DNA of 64,000 nt from Raillietiella orientalis (Eukaryota): positions 1,550,001-1,614,000 of the forward strand of contig JAYWIR010000031.1 of the NCBI GenBank assembly GCA_036172245.1, read 5' to 3'. Of the stretch, positions 22,967-33,700 are shown in pieces. Position numbers and translations under genes: made by a program. The notes under the pieces were generated by a model. That model ran no database searches and was not told where the DNA came from. It worked only from the letters and a program-made list of their open reading frames with translations. How positions within the stretch are numbered: the stretch's first letter is position 1; each line of letters begins with the position of its first letter.

Positions 22967-25900
22967 TGTCAACCAGGGAGGCGTGCAGAGCCAGTCAGAC
23001 AAGCTGCATCTCAGCTGCAGCGTGAGGTGAGGAGAGCATCCTTCCTCCAGAGAGCCTTTCGGAGCCACCTGATTCGTGGGGGCAGTGTAGGGGGGGAGGA
23101 TCCGCTGACCGACCCACCGGGAGGAGAGCACAGATCGTGCCCGCGTCCGCTTGCCGCACGGCTCGATGGCACGAGCGGATGCGGGCACGAGTCGCGGGAG
23201 GCACGCCCAGACGACGCCGGAAGGAGAAGGCGATGTACCAGGAAACACGGGAGACCTCGGAAGGAAGCAGGCCGGACGCCTCTTTCACGCCTTGAGGATT
23301 TTCTGTGCCTCGCACGCACGATGCGAACTTTCGCAGATCCGAGCGCCGCTCTGACGCTGCCGGGGCTCCGTCAGCTGCAGGCTGGGAGGGCAGGCGGCGA
23401 GCCGCCATCGGGGACGTCACAGAAAACAGGGAAGGGCACTCCCGGGAAACTTGCCTAGGCCGGACGACTCACGTCGCGTGGCTCCGCTGAGGTCATCCAG
23501 AGTGCGTCCGAAGGCTCCTCGCGGGCCTCACTCAGTCTGAGGAAGAGGTCCGGTCCACTGCGAATGCTCAAAGAACTTCCGCTCTCTCCGGCACCTCCGC
23601 CGTTGTAGGCGAGGGTCAAGAGCAGTGCCACAGAGGTCGCCGTGCTGAAGGCGGCGGCGGGTTGTCCGCGTCGCACGCGTCATGGCCGCTGCTCCCGATA
23701 GAGGTCAACACTAGGAACAAAGAGAACACCAGAAAAAGGAGGGAGGTAAGGAGGCGAGCGATTTCTTTCAGGTGGCGCACGTATTTAGGCAAAAGCGGGG
23801 GATGACAGGATGCGGTTGTCCTACACGGCAGCGTGGCGCATGCCGGGGAGCCGACCAACTGCCGTGTTGCCTGTAGGTGGCTCACCCTCGAACCCACACT
23901 TCTGTTCAATTTGGACGGACATGCAGGATTAGAAATAGCAACCAGGATGCAAAGGCCTCGAGAGGAGCAGCTCTGCAGCCAGATGATCCGAAGCCGTCGG
24001 TTTCCTGGTTGGGCGGATCTAGGTTTCTTCAGCACGGTGAAGAAACCCGTGCTGAAGAAAGATGCCAGGCTGCTGGTGCCTTCCAGGAAGAGCTAAGTGG
24101 TTTCGGTGCAAGGTGACGCAAGGGGATGAAAGGTTACGGGGACAGGGACAGCGGACCAACGATCCGCAAGGGCGCGACGGATGCCTCACGAAATTTTCCC
24201 GCACTCGCACGGTTTCCAATACAACTGATGTGCGAAAGACAAGCTCCCAGGATTCTTGCACTGGGAGAGGAAGGAAACCGCACTCCCCTCAGGAAACAAG
24301 GAAGCCCGCAGGATCCTCGCGAATCCCATTTGGAGTTACCATGACAGCGTGATCCCGTTCTGGATCCCGCGGATGAGGAATGGTCGCTCAAGCAAGCCAT
24401 CCGACGCGCGGGTGGGGATCCGCTTCTCGCGGGAACTACGCTGGCGCGGCCGGATCTCGCGTTCGGCGCACCGAGGCACCGCGTGAAGCGCAGCCTCCAC
24501 ACCCCACCTGCGAGGGTCTCGTGAAAGACACTTGAGATGGATTTCGGGATCCGGGGAGACCGGAAGTCATGGCAAGTTTTTCCCCCTGATGGGCTGTGAC
24601 TGTTAGCGGGAACGCGCAGCTTGCCTTTCGGTGGCAGGAGAAACCAGAGAGGGAAGAGCAGGCGTGTAAAGAGGCATATCACGGAGATGAGACCAGAAGA
24701 GATGAGGGCTGGAACTTGTTCTGCGCCTTGACACTCTCAGCACCCCGACAAACAGAAGCAGAATGGCAGTGGCCGTTGCTGACGGCGGGAGCGCAGCAGG
24801 AGACGCCCGTTTGATGGATCCGCTCCTTCTCGGAAGCCCCCACCGGGAACACTGATGATCCGTATGATCAGGACAGCAGCACTTTCGCTAGTAGTGATGA
24901 ACATCCGACAATAGGAGCGATGAAATTTTTCGTCAGGCGATTGAAGGTTATCGAAAGAAGTTTCTTGGTTCTGCATTGACCGACCTCTTCTAGTGGCTCC
25001 GAAGAGTTATCGCGCTTCTTTCATAGGTACGGCCCGATACTAGAAGATCGTTCTAAGTGGCCATCGAAGATGATTCCTTTGGTGAGCGCCGGCACACCCA
25101 AAATGTCTTTCCCGTCCTTCATTTCAGTGAAACTGGTGTTTACACAGGGTGCACTTGGAAAAGCTCTCCGGGGTTGCAGCAGGACCTTTCTCGACATTGA
25201 TCTACACAGGAAGAAACTAGAAACCGTAAGTACCAATAGCACTACCCGAAGGAGTGGATGCTGCGACAGCACCACTCATCCTTACGGAGTTGCTTAGGGG
25301 ACATTTCCAAGAGTCAGCAGCCTATATTCCAGCGCTGCAGAGCGCCAGTGGGAAAGCCATTGGTGCAACAGGCTGCAGGATAACCTACACTTGCGCAGCT
25401 GCCCGGAGTTACGATACTTGTGACATGAAGCTGCATGCCCAGTGGGGCCCCTCACGTCATTCCCACCAACCAATACCAAATGCCAGCTTTCAAACTCCAC
25501 TCCTCGTAATCGTTTTCGGAACTTCCAGAGGATTCTCCAGCGACAGCCTCCCGCGCAACATATAGAAGTGTCGTCGTCGACGTCCGACGGAAATCGAGAA
25601 CTGCGGCTCGTTGTGGTTGGAATGTGCATCTGCCACACGTGGGTCCCTCGAAGCCGTGCAACCAACAGGCATACGCGGTGGTTACTCGTTCTCGGCCCAC
25701 GAACAACGAGGAGCTTCGCAGGTCGTCTCCGTCGCCATCTTTCTAAACGCGTTGCATCTGTGGAAACGGAGACGATCGAAACGTGCTGACCGTCGTAAGC
25801 AGGAATTCCGTCGTGTGCAAATGTACACACGCGTATCTGTTTTTACACGCTTGCCTGTACGGGAAAAAAGTATACGCACGTCCGCTTACGCGCATGCGCA

Positions 25901-26460
25901 TGATTTTTCCATGGGGATTTTTCGCCTGCTTGCTGCGCGGCGTTTCCGATCGAGAGAGGCGCCACGCGCATGCGCAAAAATGCCGCCGTTGAGGGAACGA
26001 ATGCGGTTGCGCGCGCGTGCAGTGCACCGAAACTTCGGCGCCGCACTTCGACGTGCAGGAGGTTTGGGGATCCAGAATCGCGTACGCGAAGGGGTCACCC
26101 GCACTTGTCCGACGAGGAGACCACCCTGGGTCACCTTTGCCGCCCGTCTCGACCGGGCCCTCTCCGGTGACGAAACCGCCCTCCTGCCACGAGACCGGAA
26201 GCTCTGGACTTCGGAAGTGGGCGTCCGGTACAGGAGGAACAATGGAGGCTACTTCTTTTGCCTGCTCCCGAAGGAGCATCATCAGTCGTCGGCATTCGAT
26301 TTCGCCTCTGGGCAGAGACCCCTCAGCCTGCAACGTCCGGAGCCTTGCGCAATGAATTCTTTTCTAAGCTGTTGCCACGTAAACTCGAGATGCGTTCAAG
26401 ATGAAGTTGCCACAGAGTTTTCTTCCCGGGAACGGGGGGGGGGGGGGAAGGAGGGAATCA

Positions 26461-27000
26461 GGTGAGGCACTCGTGGGAAAAGTTCATGCAGTCAAGAGTG
26501 GCGAGGCCTTTCTCTTCCTGGAAACAAAACAGAGCATCACGGAGGGCTCAAAAAGAACGGGCAGAAGAGACGCGAGAGTGCTAATCGTGGCAGAAGAGTG
26601 AAGGAGCAGCAGGTCTGGATTTCAATCCTTCGGGAGGCAGTTGAGCATGACACGAGACACTTTACGAAGTTTCCATTGCACCAAGAGTCTCGTTTCCTGA
26701 GAAAAATGCACGTCCGGTGACGGGATAGAAGAGTGGAAATGGGAGTGATGAGGGGAAAGATTTGAGCGCAGCAACCTGTGTAATCGAACCAAGAGAGAAA
26801 CGTCTGGAGGCATCGGGAAAGGGCCATCTCATCTCTGGTCCATTGGCATTTTGTTCTCGGAGATGCAGATCTTTTTGTCTTCTCGATTCAACGAGGAGAT
26901 GTGGGGAACTGCTGGAGCCATGTCTGCAGCATCAGACTTCCAGAGTGGGTCTTCAGAATTCCTAGAGGTCCCTGTCGTTTCTACCCGCTTTTCCAGAAGT
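26461..27000 (+). pseudogene. possible decayed Ser/Thr protein kinase relic
   Basis: Kinase-like motifs in the correct order but in shifted frames: GEALVGKVHAVK (26461), FLRKMHVR*RDRRVE (26694, catalytic-loop-like), LWSIGILFSEM (26833, subdomain IX), GELLEPCLQ (~26903, subdomain XI). No DFG is visible. Confidence 0.3.
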
Positions 27001-29299
27001 GCATCATTCTCTTCGCAATCGTCTGGAAGAATTTCCGGATTCGGAAAATGCACTGGAGGTGAGAGGAAAGAAGAGGAAGGGAGAGCATCCCAACACCCTC
27101 TATGTCTGAGTGCAAGAAAGATTTTCCTGCTCAGGCAATCACTCAGCGAGAAGAGCAGGTGTTCCCGCAGTCAGACCGCATCTTCCAGGCAAATTCTTCG
27201 AAGGTCTCAGACGACAGGAGTTTTAAGCAGCCCCTAAGAGATCATTGGCGTCTGCTCACCCGGAAATCGCAGAGGTCGCCTGCGGAAAATCCTCCATTTG
27301 TGATCCCGAGAAGAGAAAGTGCTCGCGCTAGTCCGCAGTTCACGTGGCAAATCGTCTACGCACATCCACAGGAGTGTGGGTTCCTCGTTTTTTCCTTTTC
27401 CCAAGCCTTCTTTTTGAGTGACCTCCTCCTTCTCCCTCTTTCTTTCCCATTGTCGCGTTTTGCAATCGCACTCCCGCGGAATATATTGACGGCCGGCCCC
27501 GCCGTGTCTGCATCCGTCAAGTCAGGGCAGCCCGCAAAGGGCAGCAGGCCTCGCCAAGCTTCTCCGAAACCCCGGAGAGGTCATCGCAACGGTTCCCGAC
27601 CTTTCGTGCTGGCCGCGGGAAGACGGGCCACTCTCAGAGACGCAGGACAGCCCACCTTCGTTCAGACGATGGGAGGGGAGGAAAGAGGAAGAGCAAAAGT
27701 TCGAGGGAGGCTCCCCTCACTGAAATGGGTCTAGCTCTCTCCTGCGTCTCTGAAGGGGCCGAAGCGAGGGGAAAGATCGGGGTCATGCTGTGAGCCCTAC
27801 CTGGAGTCCGCCAAGAACGAGAGATGAGAGGAGACTTGACCAGCGACCTGGAAAGGGTGGCGATTCCCCTGGTCCTGCTGTGCGGAACAACCTGTCCCTC
27901 TGAGCTCGCGACCGGAAGAGGTCGCCAACGGAGCGTGAGATGCTCCGCCTTTAGACCAGTCTCTTTCCATCCTGGGACCTCCGGACGCGTGAAGGGGGCA
28001 AGGGCGCGAGAGGGGGATTCTTGCAGGCCGTACATTCCTGTCGCAGAGATAACTGGGGACAGAGGCTCTGCGGAGGACCCGGAGAAGAAGGCTGCCAGTC
28101 GTGGTTCAGGCAGAAGCGCGGACTGTGCGACCTCGGAGAGAAACGAAGGAAGGATCTCCAGGCATGCGCTGCTTCCTGGAGACGTGGAGCTACGGCACGA
28201 CAGGTGACGGGGCCTCTCCGACTCTAACGAGCGAGGAGCCAGGAGCAAAGGCGCCGCCGAAGGGTGAGCGCACGGGAAGAGGGCGGTCCGACAGCTGGCT
28301 CGTTCTCGAGCAGCGGTGGATCCTCCGCCGCCGACGCCCTCTTTCCGGGACTTCCACGCGATCCGGGCAGCGGGAGCGCACGCGTTCTGAGTTCGGAGGA
28401 CTTTCCGAAGGAGCGACCGTGTGACCCGTGCCTCCAGGGATGGACGCCTCCGTTTGGCAGAGCGCGCGCGGGGGGAAGGACGGGAGGTGGCGGTCGGTGT
28501 CTCGGCACATGCAGGCCGGCTGCTCGGCGCCAGGCGAGTGGAGAGCAGGAAGGATCATTGTTTCCTCTTCTGTGAGCGGAAGGAGGAGGGGGAGGGGAGG
28601 AGGAAGCTGCGGACCGCGAAAGTTTCCTCCGGACCTCTTCGTCCGGCCGCTCTTTCGAAAGCCGCACTGGCCGCTCCCGATCCGGAGTAGCAGGCAGCTC
28701 TCTGGTTGACCCCGCCGGCCGTTTTGCAACGCCAAAGCGGACGCGTCGGTCTGCCCCCGCTAAAAGCGCAACAGCCGTCGGAATTGCCTGCAAGAAGAGC
28801 CCAATTTTCGGAAATTCCTTGGGAGCCGCCAGGAACGCGTCGCGGCCGCCGTTCGAGAACCTCCCTTGCGAAACCGGGGGACATCCGGGCAGAGGCGGCG
28901 GCGGTGCTCTGGGGGAAGTGGGGCCCTCGAAGAAGAACGCCCAGACGCAGCGCACCGCAGGGGAAGAGGCTGCGGCGCCGTGACTCCTTTCCCGCCACGA
29001 CCGACAGGCGCTCCTGCTCGCCTCCGGGACTCCGAAGCCGGGGAGGAAAGAGCTCCGGTTCGGGTTGGTCCCCGGGCTCCCCCCTCCCCCCGCGTTCCCC
29101 TCGAGGCACGCAGAAACCGACTGCCCTCAGCGAGAGCCCTGGAGTTTCTGCCGCCCGACTCTGGGGAGAAGGCACTCGGAAAATTCCGCCCCGTCACGCG
29201 TTGCCTGGCGCGCGGATGACGAGGCAGCACCTGGTGACGAGGCAGAAAGGGGTTTCCTCTCCGTTTGGAAGCTGCTGGAAGCCCTGAGACGTGAGCAGC

Positions 29300-30300
29300 A
29301 ACCGCGCAGGTCGAGGATCGCCCGCTCCGGGAGGGGAAGCGCCCGTCCGCCCACCTTGCCTTCCTCTCCCGGCTCCGCCTCTCGCTGCGCATCCGGTCTG
29401 GAAGCCGGTCCGTTGCGAAGGGACTGATGAGGTGATGATCCAGCAGCCGAGGGAGAATTTGCTGCAAGGCCATGCAGAAGGTAGCCAAGCCGACGATGGG
29501 TGGGGATTAATCCCGGCAGTCACTCTGATCTGCTCTTCCCGGAAGCAATGGTGCTCCATCAGTGTTGGTTCTGTCGCCAGGGAGGCGCCTGCGCTGGAGA
29601 GACTTCCAGAGCTTCCCGACTGCGTGCTCCTGGAACAGTGGCATTGCTTCCAAGACGCGTTCCACCGCCGTGGGTCCTTGTGCAGCCCTCGTACGCCACG
29701 AACCCGTGGGGGTCCTTGCGATCTTGTCACCGAGGCTCCGAACGACATCCCTGCTCCTCCGGAGGCAAAAGGGAGCGTCCTCTTAGAGCGCTGCTCCAGA
29801 TTTGCCTCTCGATATAACGGAGAGATGCCTAAGGCGGTGGATTGGTTCCTCTTCGGCAGCAGCACCTGGTCTGGACAAATCTTCTGGGTCGACTTCCGGG
29901 ATTGGCTGGATCCCACCGCTCCCGGATTGCCTCCTCCACCTGGTCATGGGGATAGGACCGGCAGCCTAGGATCTCATTGAGGATGTCCTGCAGCAACGTC
30001 TCGTCCCACTCCGGGCATTTCTCTCGCCCGAATGATCCTTCTTCAGGGCTTATTGCCTCGAGGACACCGCTCTCGCAGCTGGAGCGACATTCGGCGGAAG
30101 CCACTTACCCGGGTCTCGGAACGGGAGAAGCATGGCCTCGTGAATCTCCTGACATGGAACAGAAGGGTACCGAAAGAGGGCGCTGCCAAGAAACTGCGGA
30201 CCGGAGTGCAACGGCGCGGGTCGCTACCAGTGATCTTGCTGAAATCCCCGGAAGAGTTCGTCATCATCATCGAAAGAGTTGATCTCCTAGACGGAACCGA
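29300..30300 (-). mobile_element. decayed non-LTR reverse transcriptase fragment
   Basis: LLPGRADQSDCRD*SPPIVGLATFCMALQQILPRLLDHHLIS followed by QRTGFQTG resembles RT subdomains 1-2 (K..D..NYRPI.L...L..IL..RL....Q.GF). Confidence 0.4.
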
Positions 30301-30894
30301 TCCTCATTGTTGTATATCGTCTTTCTGGTCAATGGATCCTTTACCATCCCACCAGTGAGGGTGTGGACGGGATCTGAGGGTTTGAGCACCCATCTAGGAG
30401 GCTGAGGACTTTGTTCTACGGGTGCCGGGGTTCGAACCCCTAACCTAACGTGCGGACCGAAGGTTTCGACTGTGTGCGACTGTACGCTCGGCGGTGTGCG
30501 GTAGCGAAGGCTATCCTGAAGACCTCTTCCGGCGACCCGAGATCGCTCAATTCTGAGCTCAGTCGTTCGGGGGATTTCCTTCCCCCCCCCCCCCCCCCCA
30601 GCGGTTGTCCCAACTGCGCTGGATGGATGCCAGGATCATCATGATTCGCACAGGAGCTGGAGCCCCTTCCTCACTTCAGGGGTGAGGGAGGGTACATCCG
30701 GTTGCGGGATTGCGGAGCCATCCACGCTACACTCGGCTCAACACCCACTCGTTCAAGGGGATTGAGGACGAGATGCTGGTTGCCAACTTTAGGACGACAC
30801 TGCCTCGTGCGCCACAGCCCTGCTCTGTACCCGATGGCATCAGGGCGTTTCTCCCATGAGAAATACAGACTCAGACCTAGAGGGGGAGTTCCCA

Positions 30895-33700
30895 CCCGGT
30901 CACGCCGGGGCGTGTATTTCTAAACACAGTATATCTGCGGTACTAGGTCCCACTACGGCCAATAGTTCATAGGACCTGCCAGGAAGCCGGTTCGCAGACC
31001 GGCTTGACTCGCCTCGGCAGCGGAAGGGGATAGGGGGGAAAACAAAAAGAAAAATAAACGAAACCAAAAAAAAATAAATTGTTTGGGGGGCCGGGAAGGG
31101 ATCACAGTCCGCTGGAGGAAGAGACCATCCTTTCCAGGATGCCCTCGAGGTCCCTCGTCATAGCTCCCAGATGGGACCATATGATCGCGATTCGCAGGTA
31201 GCGACCCATGTATACGATGGCGTCCCTATCGCTGCTTCCTCTGTTTGCTGCGCTCCACGCAGCCACAATCCCTCGAAGGCAGCAGAGAGCTGCCAGGGTT
31301 GAGGCTGGTGGCAGGGCGTCTCGCACGAAGAGGAGTCTCCCAACGTCTCTGGGGGTACTGCCGACCGGCATACGGAGGGTCGTAGCAAAACGTTCTCACA
31401 AGGGCTGGAGGGCAGCGCAGTCCACTAACAGATGTGGGAGGGATTCCTTCTCCCCGCACACTGCACAGTTCTGTCCCACGTTCCCCAGCGTCCAGTGGTG
31501 GCAGCGCGCGTTGCAGGGAAGACCCCAGTGCAACAACAACAGCGCCGTTTACTGCCACTTGAGATGGAGGGTGGAAGCGTCTCTAAATAACGGGGGCCAC
31601 GTTAGGTCATCCAGCTGGATGCCCAGCAGCTCGCCCCATCTCTGGATTCCTCACGGGAGAACGCTTGGGGTCGCGGCATCAGCCAGTTCCCTCGTGGTCC
31701 AGCCGCTCATCATTTGCTTCCTGCACGCTATCCGGCAGGAGACTTGCAACCTCGGCGTTCAGCTGCTGCCGAGCACCCTCCTCAGGAAGGGCAGCGCCGT
31801 GGTCAGTGGGGTCGTCTCCGCCCACGTGCTTCTGGCAGGACACTCGATCATGTTCCGCAGCGTGCAGCGGGTGTAGATGCCGGGACGCAGGCGGTTCCAG
31901 GATTCTCCACTAGGCTGGTTTAACTTCGCCCACGTGCCAACTGTTTCTTCCAGCCATGCGCTGGAGTTGGAGGGGCTGCAGGCCATCCACCCGTTCTCCT
32001 TTACCAGGGTGGCCATGCGTCCAAAGAAAAGGCCGCACCTTCTTATTTTCCGGCCGGGACACAGAAGAAAAGACGCGAGTCCTTCAGTCCCGGACACACG
32101 TCTGGCTAGAAGGCGGGCCGGAACGCACCAAGGGGTGCTCCACATCTTCGCCACGATGGCTAGGGTACGCCACCGCAGCTGTGTTTCCACGGGCTCCAGC
32201 ATCAGGACGCTAAGACCTCCGTCCCGACGTGGAGGGCACAAGTCCTGCAGAGGCACACGAGGCTTCCCGCTGCCCCACAGGGCGATGCGCAGGAGGTCCT
32301 TGGTTCTCTTTTTCATCTCACGGGGTACGGGGCAAACAAAAAACAGGGGACGAAGGAGGGGGGCGCGAACGCGTTCCACACTGCGGCCCGTTCCGGCGAG
32401 TCAAACTTGCCTTCCAAGAACGTGCCGATCGCCGACTCCACTTTCTGGAGACGATCTGACCAGGCTTCTGACTGGCAGAAATCCCCCAACGAAACGCCGA
32501 GGTACTTTAAGTACTTTTCCTTGGGGATCCTTAGGCGGATCCAGTCAGGTCGTCCTGCCCACGTTGCACCAACCGCAACCAGCGACGACTTCGTCCTGTT
32601 CACCCATAGTCCTGCCCCACGGCTCAGCAAGTCGAAGAAATCCTCGACTGCCGAAGCCATGAGCAGCAGGAGCAAAAGATCGTCAGCATACGCCGACACG
32701 GTCGGGGTACCTGGGCACAAGCTTGGCAGGGTAGCCAGTGTCACCCTGTATGCTCTCAGCATCAGTTCGGAATAGGTTCTAAAGAGCAGGGGACTCAGGC
32801 TGTCGCTCTGCCGGATGCCGCGCCTTACCGGCACGCCGAACACGTTTTGTCCTCTGAAAGAAACTCTAGAGGGGGAGTAGGGAGAGTGGAACGCACAGGA
32901 GTGTCCACCAAGACCACTAGGGTGCTGGAAGGTGGGAAAAGGGGAGAGATGAATGGTCATTTTTATCCGGAGGGAAGAGTGGGAAGGTGTGAGTAGGCCG
33001 GGAATCCTAAGCAGTAGGTCCTTCGGCGATGGTGGAAGCCCGTGATGTTGCACCTGGTCCTCTGTTCTGATGTTGGCCGGTCACTAGCTCTCCGCAAGAC
33101 TGGGAGGGTGACGATGGAGTCGTAGCAGTGCTCGTGGAAGGACCACCCCAATGGAGGAAGCAGAGAACCGCCATCACTGCCGTGGAGGAAAGCCCATTGA
33201 GCTGGCAAAACCGGTGCAGATGAAGAATGCCCTTCGGGACGTGCCTCGGAAGGGAGGGCACAGGCCAGTTGTTCCCAGCCACATTGCCGTCCCGAGCAGT
33301 CCAACAGCATGAGCGGTAGGGCTTCTTTTTCTCTACAGAGGATGCCAAGTGCAGAAACCAAGCTCCTTGCTTCGTGATAGCTCCTCACGCATGCAGCGAG
33401 GGGCTCTGGTGGCCCCAGTGCAAGAAGAGGGTGGTATTGCGCTGCAGCCTGAATGGCGGTGTGAAGACTAGACGGAAGGGAGTGGGTCTCAGGTTTCCAA
33501 CAGATCAATCCCAACGTTTTAGACCTTCTGTTCGATGCCTTGGGGATCGCAAGAGTTCACCGCCGGGCTTTCGCGATCTAAAGAGAAGGCAGGATCCATG
33601 GAATTCGCAGCTGATCACCCAAGAGGTCTCTCCTTTCTCTTCGGAAGGCTCCCAGTGGGATGCTAAGAAGCCCCGATGTTAAGCACGACGCTCTTCCATT
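30895..33700 (-). mobile_element. Tx1/L1-clade non-LTR retrotransposon, copy B (RT, zf-RVT and 3' UTR), frameshifted
   Basis: RT motifs FHEHCYDSI, VRRGIRQSDSLSPLLF, SAYADDLL, GLWVNRTKS and KYLKYLGV. Downstream: LWG..PRRDGGLSV, then HHWTLGNVGQNCAVCGEKESLPHLLVDC. The 3' UTR ends in CCCGGcgtgaCCGGG (30895-30909). Confidence 0.9.

Noticed and set aside
24900..25500. Possible hAT/BED-finger relic (KCTLCKHQFH..HFGCAGAH)
   Set aside because: Motif order and identity are ambiguous, and no termini were found.
30437..30450. Arthropod telomeric TTAGG-like repeat (CCTAACCTAA)
   Set aside because: Only two units.
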